This document shows positions 1-8,314 of a stretch of DNA of 35,920 nucleotides, one piece after another. Below the pieces are notes generated by a model. It saw only the letters and a list, made by a program, of their open reading frames with translations. It had not been told where the DNA came from and made no database searches. The stretch lies in the IMG/VR virus record IMGVR_UViG_3300025070_000018; one strand, given 5' to 3'. The translations under genes were made by a program, and so were the position numbers. Positions within the stretch are counted from its first letter, which is position 1. Every line of letters begins with the position of its first letter. This DNA comes from an uncultured virus (IMG/VR IMGVR_UViG_3300025070_000018). Lineage: Duplodnaviria; Heunggongvirae; Uroviricota; Caudoviricetes.

Positions 1-82
1 CAAGGGCGCAGTAAGTCCAGAGTGTTTGCTCAGAATCTAGCTCGATATTTTGTATATCTACGTTCTTTATTATTTTTGCCAT
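1..82 (-). CDS. 5' end of a probable family A DNA polymerase chain (truncated by window edge)
   Basis: Not in the ORF track. RBS AGGAG precedes ATG at 82 and the frame reads MAKIIKNVDIQNIELDSEQTLWTYCAL, with the next codon starting G. This fits the ExoIII motif YxxxD missing from ORF 610-1695. Confidence 0.6.
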   Translation of the reverse strand, partial: MAKIIKNVDIQNIELDSEQTLWTYCAL

Positions 83-99
83 TGCTTTTGTCTCCTGTG

Positions 100-330
100 T
101 TACTCATAGTCTCTCTCAATTATCATGTCGATATAGTGTTTTGCTTTTAATAAATCTTGTTTGCCTCCTTTGTCTTTATGCCTGCAGATATATTTGATTG
201 CGTTACCTTCTGCAAAAAGAAAATTGTTTTGATTAACGAACTCAGAGGGTTGTATCTTATATTTTTTGTAGTGGTCACCGCCCACCTGTGTACTGTATGC
301 TGTTGTTGCTTTATTATTTGTATAACTCAT
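100..330 (-). CDS. DUF3310 family protein (T7 gp1.7-like putative nucleotide kinase)
   Basis: QVGGDHY...GNAIKYICR...KGGKQDLLKAKHYIDM signature. Confidence 0.85.
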   Translation of the reverse strand: MSYTNNKATTAYSTQVGGDHYKKYKIQPSEFVNQNNFLFAEGNAIKYICRHKDKGGKQDLLKAKHYIDMIIERDYE

Positions 331-601
331 CTATGCCACCTATAATATTAAATATTTCTTCCCTTACATTCTTCGCATTTAATTGTGCATAGTCGCACAC
401 AATACTGAAATCTTCTGTCTTTCCTCTCAGCCAAATCTTGGCTCGTTCTTTGTTTGATAAACTCTCTCGGGACTTGTTCTCTGTGAGAAAGTCTGATATC
501 GCTTGGTCTATTACTGATCTCCACAATCGTACTTCACTTTCGATAGTTACTAAATCATTTGGTATATGTAACTCCGCAAAGTATGGAGCACGTTTGGTCA
601 T
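314..601 (-). CDS. Conserved phage hypothetical protein
   Basis: In operon context; LWRSVIDQAISD...AKIWL...DFSIVCDYA pattern. Confidence 0.7.
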   Translation of the reverse strand: MTKRAPYFAELHIPNDLVTIESEVRLWRSVIDQAISDFLTENKSRESLSNKERAKIWLRGKTEDFSIVCDYAQLNAKNVREEIFNIIGGIDELYK

Positions 602-609
602 TATTACAT

Positions 610-1695
610 CTATTCATCTCTCTTAGTACTCTTTGAAAACTTAGCCATAGTTTTCCAAGCACCCTCGTTTGTGTATATCGAACCTAAAAAGCCTAAGCCT
701 TTCTGTTGTTCGGGCTGTAGTGCATGCTGGGCATGCATTGTATCGTGGATAGTTCCATTGACTGTGATGTTGTATTTATATTCTAACCACGACACATCAT
801 ACGTTTGATTTTGAGCGACCTTAGTAATCTTCTCGTTCTCAAGAACATGCTTTATCCAAGCCCAAGCTCGTTGCTCATGGGCAGGGTCGGTCCAATAGTT
901 TTGGAGTACGTTGCGCTTGTCTTTGAATGGTATAACGAGAGCGACAGTATCGCTTGGAGCGAAACCAATACAAGTAATAAAACCGCCCCCTGTTTCAATG
1001 TCGAAACTGAGTGGCTGATCTGTGTTATTCTCTCTAATAAATTTTTGTTCGAAGTCCTCGAGGTCTTTGATGTCTGGTTCAATCCATAACTCTCTTTCTT
1101 TTATTTTGATTTGTGGTGTGTTGGATTCCTCGACAGCCTTCCTAATATCTGCTAAGACAATAGGACGGAAGTCGAAGTTTCTAATAACGGCACTAGGACT
1201 AAACGTAGGCATAACTTTGGTCCCACCTGTGAGGTCCGATTTAAGAATGGTTCCCCTGTAAGTACCTATCTTGTCTAGTCCTGTCAGCGCCCATAACGCA
1301 ACGCTACCCATGGCAATAATGACATTAGGTTTGCACGCGTTAAGCTCGTTTTGCAACCGCTCTAATTCACTCTCGTATTCTTCTTTTAAAAAGCCGAAGC
1401 CATGCACAGGATACTTGGAGCGCCACTTATTCTCTTTACTAAACTTAGAATAGTTCTTCTTGTTCATAAAGAAATGGGCGGGGTTCTCTTGTGCAGGCTT
1501 CTGAGCGAGAGCATGCGTAAGCAAACAGTTCTCCACATTTAGTTCTAATATCTCACACATTTTGTGAAACATTTTTCCCGTACTACCAATCATGATTTCA
1601 CCAAGACGTTGCTCATCCGTAGTTGGAAAATCAAATACGAAAGCTATCTTGCAATCACCGTTAGGTTGTTGTGAAGGTACTGTCTGCTTAGTCAT
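610..1695 (-). CDS. Uracil-DNA-glycosylase-like domain fused to PolA-type 3'-5' exonuclease (ExoI and ExoII)
   Basis: The N-terminal part is UDG family 4-like (KPNVIIAMGSVALWALTG..IGTYRG..PTFSPS). The C-terminal part has SFDIET (ExoI), AQNQTYD (ExoII), HDTM and GLGFLGSIY. Confidence 0.85.
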   Translation of the reverse strand: MTKQTVPSQQPNGDCKIAFVFDFPTTDEQRLGEIMIGSTGKMFHKMCEILELNVENCLLTHALAQKPAQENPAHFFMNKKNYSKFSKENKWRSKYPVHGFGFLKEEYESELERLQNELNACKPNVIIAMGSVALWALTGLDKIGTYRGTILKSDLTGGTKVMPTFSPSAVIRNFDFRPIVLADIRKAVEESNTPQIKIKERELWIEPDIKDLEDFEQKFIRENNTDQPLSFDIETGGGFITCIGFAPSDTVALVIPFKDKRNVLQNYWTDPAHEQRAWAWIKHVLENEKITKVAQNQTYDVSWLEYKYNITVNGTIHDTMHAQHALQPEQQKGLGFLGSIYTNEGAWKTMAKFSKSTKRDE

Positions 1696-1696
1696 G

Positions 1697-2134
1697 TTAG
1701 AGTATTCTCTTTACTGTTGGTTGTAGAATATCTTTATTCTGCCCCACCATCTCGTGCTTGATTAAGCCCTTGAAGGTTTTGCCAATTGCCATCTCTAGCA
1801 ATTCACTGTAAGGCAGGTCTTCCACATGACCCATGTCTAACCCGTTGGTTAGAAACGACTTCAATCCTGTTGCAGGATTGTTTACTTTCAAGGCGTTAGG
1901 TGTAGCCCAGAACTCCATACGAGTTGGCTGTGCGTCCTTGAGTTTCTCGTCAGTTAAATCTGAGTCGATCACTCCAATCGCCTTAACGTTTACTTTGATG
2001 AGGGGGGTATTATTTTGACCCACTTCATCCGCTCTATAAGAAGTTATAGAGAACTCATAACTACCCTCTGGTAGCACGACAGATTCTGGCGTGTCATTGG
2101 GTGTCATGTTTAAAAAGTCAGCAACATTCGACAT
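1697..2134 (-). CDS. Putative single-stranded DNA-binding protein (DUF669-like)
   Basis: LPEGSYEFSI motif, beta-rich, directly after a Sak4-like ATPase. Confidence 0.6.
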   Translation of the reverse strand: MSNVADFLNMTPNDTPESVVLPEGSYEFSITSYRADEVGQNNTPLIKVNVKAIGVIDSDLTDEKLKDAQPTRMEFWATPNALKVNNPATGLKSFLTNGLDMGHVEDLPYSELLEMAIGKTFKGLIKHEMVGQNKDILQPTVKRIL

Positions 2135-2937
2135 TATTTATCTCCTTTCGTATTGCTCTCTTTGAGTTTAGACTGCGCATTACTTTGAATAGAATCAAAT
2201 AACTTTTGCAAGTTAAGTTCAATGTTCGGCTCTATTAAAGACGGCGCGGTAACTTTCAGATCCATTCTATGATCTGACATTGTACGTAACGTGCGCTCTG
2301 TTCCTTTACTAGATGAACGAGTATCTATTCTGCATACACAGTTAAAGTACCTACCTATCTTAGTAGATAACTTCGAACCGACAGATGTTGGATATGCTTT
2401 TGACACACCCAAATCGCCTTCCATATACTGCATGTGCGTGGTTACCACTACATTACATTTCACTTCATTGCCTGTGATATATTGTATAATGTTCTGGACA
2501 TCACGCGCCGCCGCTCCCCACTCGGGTTGGCTGGCTTGCTCTGTTGGTTTCTTATTGTTAAAGACAAGAGCCGCTCTCAAAGCAGCTTCGCCTAACAGTG
2601 TGAGGGAATCAATTACTAAAACTGTATCGTCTCCCCACTCTTTCACAGGACCTAAGTCTTCATCGCCATCTTTCCAATGGGATAACAAACGTGCCCCTCG
2701 TCTAAACGAGTCCGCCTGTCCTAGTGAATCTCTTAACGTAACATATGAAACGTTCTGTACTGCCTCGGGTTTTAAAAACTCGGGCAAGATATCAAGTCCG
2801 TCATCATAGTCTAGTATACGTAATTTTTTACCTGCGTTAGCTAAACTCGCTAGAGCAGATGTCTTACCACTACCACTATCTCCGCAGAGTAATAGCTTGG
2901 TAACACTTGTTGATTTATGTTTACTTATGTTTGCCAT
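2134..2937 (-). CDS. AAA_24/Sak4-like P-loop ATPase (single-strand annealing recombinase)
   Basis: Walker A GDSGSGKT, LRILDYDDG, Walker B LVIDSLT, VVVTTH. Confidence 0.8.
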   Translation of the reverse strand: MANISKHKSTSVTKLLLCGDSGSGKTSALASLANAGKKLRILDYDDGLDILPEFLKPEAVQNVSYVTLRDSLGQADSFRRGARLLSHWKDGDEDLGPVKEWGDDTVLVIDSLTLLGEAALRAALVFNNKKPTEQASQPEWGAAARDVQNIIQYITGNEVKCNVVVTTHMQYMEGDLGVSKAYPTSVGSKLSTKIGRYFNCVCRIDTRSSSKGTERTLRTMSDHRMDLKVTAPSLIEPNIELNLQKLFDSIQSNAQSKLKESNTKGDK

Positions 2938-2962
2938 ATACTGGTCTCCTATAATGTTTTGA

Positions 2963-2990
2963 ATTATATACTATTAAAAAGATTTGTCAA
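2963..2990 (-). promoter_or_regulatory. Sigma70-type promoter TTGACA-N16-TATAAT
   Basis: Consensus hexamers (2990-2985 and 2968-2963) in the intergenic gap upstream of the ATPase. Confidence 0.75.
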
Positions 2991-2995
2991 GAAAA

Positions 2996-3955
2996 TTATT
3001 TACCACCCTTGATAACTTCAAGTTCTTGTGGTTTTGTTTCTTCTAAATCTGGGTGATACTCTTGGTGAAAGTCATTACCAAAGAACATTCCCCTTTGTGA
3101 TTTCGCATGAGCACATGCTTCTCTATATCTGCAACCGCCGTAGTTTCCACATGATGTAAAGTTCGCGGGATAGTATTGCGAGCTAGCATATACATCTGAT
3201 ATACTAAGATGATGCAACGTATCATTGTACCACTCATCAATTAATTCTTTAGGTACAGTGTATACTTGTCTTGCAAACCTTGTGAAGTTCGCGCCTGTCT
3301 GCACTGCATCAATGATGAAGCCATCCACAGGTAACTTCAATACTTCACGACACGCCCAGATGTATGCGAACACTTGGTTGTTGGGCATATAGCCATTGAA
3401 ATACCAGTCTGACAAAGCAGTCTTAGTTGTCTTGGTGTCAACCAGGTACAGCCTGTCATCAATAGAAACAATCTTATCTATTCGACCGCTGAACCTATGA
3501 CCTTGGTCACCAATGGGTACTTCAAACCTTTGCTCTAGTGCTGGCGATCCGTCTGGCATGGTAGCTAGCTTTAGCTTATCATCCCAGAACTCTTCTGCTT
3601 TCCAAACAACCGCTCGGAGCGCCGCCTCTAAACCTCTTGCATTTTCATCAGCAAGTTTTAAATCCTCACCGTAATCACGCAAGACCATAGCTACCGCACG
3701 TTTTGTAGATTCACTTTTAGTTAACCCCTCGTGCCTCGCTTTGTCTAGTTCTTCTAAGCCATGGTGTACTGCGGAACCAAATCCTGTAGCACTTGAGTAG
3801 CTTGTAGATTTCCAACCGTCTAACACAGACAGCTTGTAATATCTAGGGCAAGCTAAGAAAGAACTTAGGCTTGAAGTGTCCCATATCTTTTGGATGGGCT
3901 GATTGTTTTCATCCCATACAAACTTTCTAATTCTTGGTAATTCGTTCTCACTCAT
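2996..3955 (-). CDS. PD-(D/E)XK exonuclease, Cas4/RecB/AddB-like, probable Fe-S cluster
   Basis: CPRYY; FGSAVH; GRIDKI..LVDTKT; QVFAY; C-terminal C-x5-C-x5-C. Confidence 0.85.
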   Translation of the reverse strand: MSENELPRIRKFVWDENNQPIQKIWDTSSLSSFLACPRYYKLSVLDGWKSTSYSSATGFGSAVHHGLEELDKARHEGLTKSESTKRAVAMVLRDYGEDLKLADENARGLEAALRAVVWKAEEFWDDKLKLATMPDGSPALEQRFEVPIGDQGHRFSGRIDKIVSIDDRLYLVDTKTTKTALSDWYFNGYMPNNQVFAYIWACREVLKLPVDGFIIDAVQTGANFTRFARQVYTVPKELIDEWYNDTLHHLSISDVYASSQYYPANFTSCGNYGGCRYREACAHAKSQRGMFFGNDFHQEYHPDLEETKPQELEVIKGGK

Positions 3956-3965
3956 TGTTGTCTCC

Positions 3966-4205
3966 TTATTTTATAGATGGTAGTATAACATTAGGTCTAT
4001 ACTCCACGTAGTTCTCAATCAAATCTGACGGTACACACTTCAACATCAAACCCTCTATGTCATTAAGTTCTTTTGATATATTTGCGCGTGCTATCTCACA
4101 ATTATTAACATCGGGATAAAGAAATTCAGATGCCATGTTGATACATTTCTGATCATCAACAGGACCCAAACATAAATACCCTATTAAAAATACTACAGTT
4201 TTCAT
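3966..4205 (-). CDS. Small hypothetical protein with hydrophobic N-terminus and 4 Cys
   Basis: ORF coupled to the upstream gene (ATGA overlap). Confidence 0.65.
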   Translation of the reverse strand: MKTVVFLIGYLCLGPVDDQKCINMASEFLYPDVNNCEIARANISKELNDIEGLMLKCVPSDLIENYVEYRPNVILPSIK

Positions 4206-4435
4206 GTCTCTGACACTAACATATCAAGTATATTCTTTTCAAATTTCTTAGGTGCTTTTGTTGTTGCGCTCTTTTTGGATATACGTTTACCGCTTGACTC
4301 CGCCTCACGTACGTTGATACGTGTAGCTTTTAAATAGTCTACTATTTTTTGAATAGCTACGTCATCATTGGACAACTCAACTGAATCTTTCTCCAATAAT
4401 TCTGTAGGTATTTCTATCTCTGGCTTATCACTCAT
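4202..4435 (-). CDS. Hypothetical protein
   Basis: RBS AAGGAG, operon context. Confidence 0.7.
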   Translation of the reverse strand: MSDKPEIEIPTELLEKDSVELSNDDVAIQKIVDYLKATRINVREAESSGKRISKKSATTKAPKKFEKNILDMLVSET

Positions 4436-4444
4436 CTTATCTCC

Positions 4445-4753
4445 TTAATGTTTTGTTGAGGTGTCAGTCTTTGTGGAAGAGAATACAGAACTCATTGCGT
4501 CCCCTGTCTTGTTGTTATTCTTTTCCATCTCGTCAATCATTGGTCCCGCTGTTGTGAATGTATGTAGTACATCCGCTAGTAAACCAAAGCTACCCATTGT
4601 TCCATACTTTAGTAAAGACAATCTCATTCCTATCTCATATAGCGCTGATATAATAACATCAGTATCATAATCTTTTGATACATCCAACAGCGGGTCTCTC
4701 AAACTTTCTACACATGCTTCAAACGAAGCACGATATTGTTTATCATCTGTCAT
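4445..4753 (-). CDS. Hypothetical protein
   Basis: RBS AGGAG, ATGA overlap. Confidence 0.7.
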   Translation of the reverse strand: MTDDKQYRASFEACVESLRDPLLDVSKDYDTDVIISALYEIGMRLSLLKYGTMGSFGLLADVLHTFTTAGPMIDEMEKNNNKTGDAMSSVFSSTKTDTSTKH

Positions 4754-5076
4754 ATTTTTTCTCCTGTATTTGTGTCAACAATCTCTAGTTCCTTGACATC
4801 ATCTAAGATGTGCATGATTTCTACACCATCATCAACTTGATTAATTTTAAGTACATCATATTTTGTAGGGTCTCCTTCCCCTGTTTCTTCAGCCAACTTC
4901 TTGTATGCTTTAATGTACTGATAAATACGCATACGTAAAGTGAAAGGCTTGTCATTCTTAATGATAAACCTAGGTGATTCATCACTTGTTGGATCATCAA
5001 TTGCCTTAACGATTTTTTCTAAAGCGATTGAAATATCTGTCCAACGGTAAAGGTTGCCCGTCTTTGCCTTCTTCAT
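4750..5076 (-). CDS. Hypothetical protein
   Basis: RBS AGGAG, operon context. Confidence 0.7.
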   Translation of the reverse strand: MKKAKTGNLYRWTDISIALEKIVKAIDDPTSDESPRFIIKNDKPFTLRMRIYQYIKAYKKLAEETGEGDPTKYDVLKINQVDDGVEIMHILDDVKELEIVDTNTGEKI

Positions 5077-5218
5077 TGTTCAACTCCTGTAAATATTCGT
5101 GGTCATTTGGATCAAACATGGGATCATTTTCAAATTCTTCCACATCAAAATCCTCTTCTAGTTCTAGGGTTTCATCTAATAAGTAGTCATCCCCTGTTGT
5201 GTATTTACGTTTTGCCAT
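5006..5218 (-). CDS. Acidic hypothetical protein (start reassigned to MAKRKY)
   Basis: AGGAG precedes ATG at 5218. Confidence 0.6.
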   Translation of the reverse strand: MAKRKYTTGDDYLLDETLELEEDFDVEEFENDPMFDPNDHEYLQELNNEEGKDGQPLPLDRYFNRFRKNR

Positions 5219-5226
5219 GCTTACTC

Positions 5227-5346
5227 CTATCCTATTATATTTAATACAACACCTATAGCTAACAGAATAAATACTCCGTATGTAGATACCCACATCATTG
5301 CACCTGTTATTCTATTACATATATCTTCCAAGATAATTAGATTCAA
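5227..5346 (-). CDS. Putative 39-aa membrane peptide
   Basis: TTG start overlaps the GGCT stop; MNLIILEDICNRITGAMMWVSTYGVFILLAIGVVLNIIG fills the gap exactly. Confidence 0.45.
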   Translation of the reverse strand: MNLIILEDICNRITGAMMWVSTYGVFILLAIGVVLNIIG

Positions 5347-5774
5347 TCTCTGCCACTCCATTCTTTTATGTTCTTTATTGTTGTCACTCTGAAATCAGAG
5401 AGAACTTCTTTCCCTGTAATTTTCGCTGGTGTTTCTTCTACTAAAAACATTTCTGCCACATGCTCTGTGCCATCCTCTAGTTCCACTAGCGTATTTACAA
5501 GTGTATATCCTGCATTGAGTTCCATATCACACACGGCTGCGTAAACGTTATCATCTTTAACATGATACAGCTCGCCTTTGATTCTGTATTTACACACCTT
5601 GTTATCGTAGTGTCTAAATGTTATTGGATAACTGTGCAAGAAATCTTTGATAGTATAATTACTATCTACGGTTATTGCTTTGCCGATTCTTTTTTGTTTT
5701 GCCATTAGCCCGTTGAGTCTTTCTCCCTTTTTGAGAGTTCCGTACACGAACACTAATCTTTTTTGTTTTACCAT
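5343..5774 (-). CDS. Gamma-glutamylcyclotransferase (GGCT/AIG2-like)
   Basis: VFVYGTLKKG, YP, IKGELYHV, DME..GY motifs. Confidence 0.85.
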   Translation of the reverse strand: MVKQKRLVFVYGTLKKGERLNGLMAKQKRIGKAITVDSNYTIKDFLHSYPITFRHYDNKVCKYRIKGELYHVKDDNVYAAVCDMELNAGYTLVNTLVELEDGTEHVAEMFLVEETPAKITGKEVLSDFRVTTIKNIKEWSGRD

Positions 5775-6117
5775 TCTCTCCCTTCATGTTTTCGCGTAGC
5801 CATTCTTTGAGTTCAGAACGACAGAGTAATTCTGTCATAAAGTTTCCAAAGGAATTAACTACTGTCTCTTCTTCTTTATCTTTAAGTTGATACTGATAGT
5901 ACGCAACGTGCATACACTCATGTATCACTACATTCACAGCATCAGCACCACCGCGTTCAATCATTTCCTTATCAAGATAGATTTTATACGGCGGTTTCTG
6001 TACGAATGTACCTTGTGCCTCACTTACTTCATACATGATATCATGGGGGGCACATATTAATTCCACCGAAAATGGTCCGATAGTTATATATTTAGGTAGC
6101 TTCTTACTCTTCGCCAT
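5662..6117 (-). CDS. Putative zincin-like metallopeptidase (HExxH)
   Basis: VVIHECMH...EEETVVN; start set at MAKSKK just downstream of a promoter. Confidence 0.6.
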   Translation of the reverse strand: MAKSKKLPKYITIGPFSVELICAPHDIMYEVSEAQGTFVQKPPYKIYLDKEMIERGGADAVNVVIHECMHVAYYQYQLKDKEEETVVNSFGNFMTELLCRSELKEWLRENMKGENGKTKKISVRVRNSQKGRKTQRANGKTKKNRQSNNRR

Positions 6118-6122
6118 AGTTT

Positions 6123-6151
6123 TGTATACCATGTATCATGTTCTTTGTCAA
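6123..6151 (-). promoter_or_regulatory. Sigma70-type promoter TTGACA-N17-TATACA
   Basis: Hexamers at 6151-6146 and 6128-6123; ATG 5 nt downstream. Confidence 0.65.
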
Positions 6152-6177
6152 GTAAATTCTCGAATTTTCTCGAGTTT

Positions 6178-6330
6178 TTATGGATGTGAAACCACACCCA
6201 CTTCATCTTTTCCTTCTTCATCTTCGCTCCACCTTTCCATTATCTGTTCACCTGTTGAATCATCTATGTAATAGATGTGACCATTGATAGTAATATATAC
6301 GCAGTCATTTGCTCGCACATCTATCTTCAT
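6178..6330 (-). CDS. 50-aa hypothetical protein
   Basis: MKIDVRANDCVYITINGHIYYIDDSTGEQIMERWSE...; ATGA overlap with the upstream gene; below the ORF-track cutoff. Confidence 0.6.
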   Translation of the reverse strand: MKIDVRANDCVYITINGHIYYIDDSTGEQIMERWSEDEEGKDEVGVVSHP

Positions 6331-6548
6331 TCTTTCTCTCCGTCATTGTGTCGGGGTGTGTGATACAACCAACCCAAGTCACTGACCTCTTGCCTGTTAA
6401 ATGCTTCGACAAATTGACGGACATTAAAATATTTAGGGTTGTGTTCTGCTGTACCTACGCCACTATCAAGGAATCTTTGCAGTTCTTCATCCGTCACTTC
6501 GTCGGTTGGATTCCAATAAGCTATGTCCCATACGTTATTATCCTTCAT
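6327..6548 (-). CDS. Hypothetical protein (start MKDNNVW)
   Basis: GGAG RBS before ATG at 6548. Confidence 0.6.
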   Translation of the reverse strand: MKDNNVWDIAYWNPTDEVTDEELQRFLDSGVGTAEHNPKYFNVRQFVEAFNRQEVSDLGWLYHTPRHNDGEKE

Positions 6549-6744
6549 TGTGTGTCTCCAACCAATTAAAGTATGCCTTGTGGTCATCTATTTTCTTTTT
6601 AGGAAAAGCGTCATAACATTCAGCCAGTCTCTCTATCATAAATGATTTCATTTCTTTGTCTGATATATGCTCATCCATAAATTCATATACATGTTTAGCA
6701 AACAGATAGTTGTCTCTTGGTATCTTGCTTTGTTCTTCTGTCAT
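6538..6744 (-). CDS. Hypothetical protein
   Basis: GGGAG RBS, operon context. Confidence 0.65.
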   Translation of the reverse strand: MTEEQSKIPRDNYLFAKHVYEFMDEHISDKEMKSFMIERLAECYDAFPKKKIDDHKAYFNWLETHNEG

Positions 6745-6916
6745 TGGTTCTCTCCCTTTCTTGTATAATATTTTTAATGCTAGTGACTGAACGATTGGCT
6801 AATGTCTTGTCAATCTCAGCTACCTCATCTTGCATAAGTATGATTCGCTTATCTAGTATCTCTATCTCGCGTCTCAATTCTTCTACCCTGTCTTGCAGTA
6901 TACTACTACTCACCAT
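6695..6916 (-). CDS. Coiled-coil hypothetical protein
   Basis: Heptad pattern LQDRVEELRREIEILDKRI; start uncertain. Confidence 0.55.
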   Translation of the reverse strand: MVSSSILQDRVEELRREIEILDKRIILMQDEVAEIDKTLANRSVTSIKNIIQERERTNDRRTKQDTKRQLSVC

Positions 6917-7433
6917 GTAATCTCTCTTTCTCTTTGAACCACTGAGGTTTTGCACGACCCTTCTCCCACTTGGCAAAGTATTTTTTCTCATGGAAATAAT
7001 AATTGCGGTATGCTTCTACGGGATTGTCTTTGTTCTTGTACTCGTCGGGCATACACTGTGGTATGGTTGTCATATCTATGTTGTTATCTTTGCAATAGGA
7101 TTCATGTATGTCTTGTTTGAATCTGTTGATTACCTCAAGGATTCTTTCTGACTTATGAATCTTACCAAAGCGATAGATGTATTCAACATTGATTTGATTT
7201 GCGTGTTGATACGCCCACATAAAATTGTAGTAGCTATCGCCTACCCATCTAGTCATGGGGTGATTGGGATATGCAGTCTTATATACTGTGTCGCCCTTGA
7301 CCAGCTGTGGGATCTGATTGCGGACAGCAGTAGATAACATCTGACAAGTTTCCAATAACATTTTAGGTACATGCTTGTCACATAGGTTTCGTGCTGACAC
7401 TTCACTGTCTGGGTTTAGATAAAATAGATTCAT
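6906..7433 (-). CDS. Pyrimidine dimer DNA glycosylase / endonuclease V-like
   Basis: MNLFYL...LCDKHVPKMLLETCQMLST, NHPMTRW, RFGKIHKS, PQCMPDEYK, AYRNYY. Confidence 0.85.
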   Translation of the reverse strand: MNLFYLNPDSEVSARNLCDKHVPKMLLETCQMLSTAVRNQIPQLVKGDTVYKTAYPNHPMTRWVGDSYYNFMWAYQHANQINVEYIYRFGKIHKSERILEVINRFKQDIHESYCKDNNIDMTTIPQCMPDEYKNKDNPVEAYRNYYFHEKKYFAKWEKGRAKPQWFKEKERLHGE

Positions 7434-7555
7434 TGTTTGTCTCCCTTTGCTTTATGTTTGAGTTGAAAGTATTTCAGTGCTTGTTGAATACTCATGTCTC
7501 CGTTGATTGATTTCTTTTTAAGTTGTTCGTACTCTAGTCTTTCTCGTTCTGTCAT
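7430..7555 (-). CDS. 41-aa hypothetical protein
   Basis: MTERERLEYEQLKKKSINGDMSIQQALKYFQLKHKAKGDKQ; fills the gap, ATGA overlap. Confidence 0.55.
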   Translation of the reverse strand: MTERERLEYEQLKKKSINGDMSIQQALKYFQLKHKAKGDKQ

Positions 7556-7700
7556 TGAGCCTCTCTTCTATAAACATGTATGCCATGTGCAGTTGGATAT
7601 CTTTCTCTACAATTTCGCGTTGCATTATCTTATATGCTGACGCATATCCTACACACGCCATAGTAATCATCATCAAGAACAATAATAAATTAGTTGTCAT
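7518..7700 (-). CDS. Small membrane-anchored protein
   Basis: Hydrophobic N-terminus LLLFLMMITMACVGY. Confidence 0.6.
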   Translation of the reverse strand: MTTNLLLFLMMITMACVGYASAYKIMQREIVEKDIQLHMAYMFIEERLNDRTRKTRVRTT

Positions 7701-7875
7701 CTCTTTTCTCCCTCGCTAATTGAGCGTTGTTCTCTCTCCATGATTGTGCTTCTGCTTCTGCGAATGCTTGCCTGTCTTCATCTAATTGCTCAAGCATTTT
7801 CATTTCATAATCTTCTAGATTATCTTCGTGTCGTCTTTCTTCTAGTTCCATTAGCCATGCTTTTACTTTACCCAT
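7690..7875 (-). CDS. Hypothetical protein (start MGKVKAW)
   Basis: GAGGA RBS before ATG at 7875. Confidence 0.6.
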   Translation of the reverse strand: MGKVKAWLMELEERRHEDNLEDYEMKMLEQLDEDRQAFAEAEAQSWRENNAQLAREKRDDN

Positions 7876-8062
7876 TTTGTTCCTCGCTTTCTTCTTGAGT
7901 ATATTGCTCAAGTATTTTATTGAAGTGTTCGGTTGCTTCGAACCACCCCTGTGCTATGAGTTCGTCATCAGTCATTTGGTCTTGCTCTTTGTATCTATCT
8001 AAACTATCTGACAATTCAGAGTTCAGTCTGATAATTTCCGTCTGTAATTTACTTATAGTCAT
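7868..8062 (-). CDS. Hypothetical protein, likely leaderless
   Basis: ATG at 8062 lies 6 nt downstream of TATAAT. Confidence 0.6.
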   Translation of the reverse strand: MTISKLQTEIIRLNSELSDSLDRYKEQDQMTDDELIAQGWFEATEHFNKILEQYTQEESEEQNG

Positions 8063-8068
8063 GTCCAT

Positions 8069-8113
8069 ATTATATTCCTTTCATGATTAAAGTCAAGTTG
8101 TTATTGTGTCGCA
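8069..8113 (-). promoter_or_regulatory. Promoter TGCGACA-N10-TTGACT-N16-TATAAT
   Basis: Box 8113-8107, -35 at 8096-8091, -10 at 8074-8069. Confidence 0.75.
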
Positions 8114-8314
8114 CCGAGTATACGCGACAAATATCCGAGATAAATCCGAGGGTCTATAAAATTGTAAATCTGACCCCCACATCCCTCTAATATACGATTT
8201 AAAATATATATTTATTTATTTATATAGTATATATTTGGGCGTGGCACCCTTCAGTTTTACCAACCCTCGTGTTTATGTCGGACTTATGTCGCATATCTAC
8301 GTGAGGAAAATACA

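Noticed and set aside
330..610. Intron or intein explaining the polymerase split
   Set aside because: The interval is filled with ordinary coupled ORFs, the downstream part has its own RBS and ATG, and no splicing motifs or homing endonuclease were seen.
2996..3955. Cas4 as evidence of a CRISPR-Cas system
   Set aside because: No other cas genes or array; the Sak4/SSB context indicates a recombination exonuclease.
5662..5774. Functional dual-coding overlap of the peptidase tail and GGCT
   Set aside because: Most simply a lost stop codon giving a low-complexity basic extension; similar overlaps occur elsewhere in this arm.
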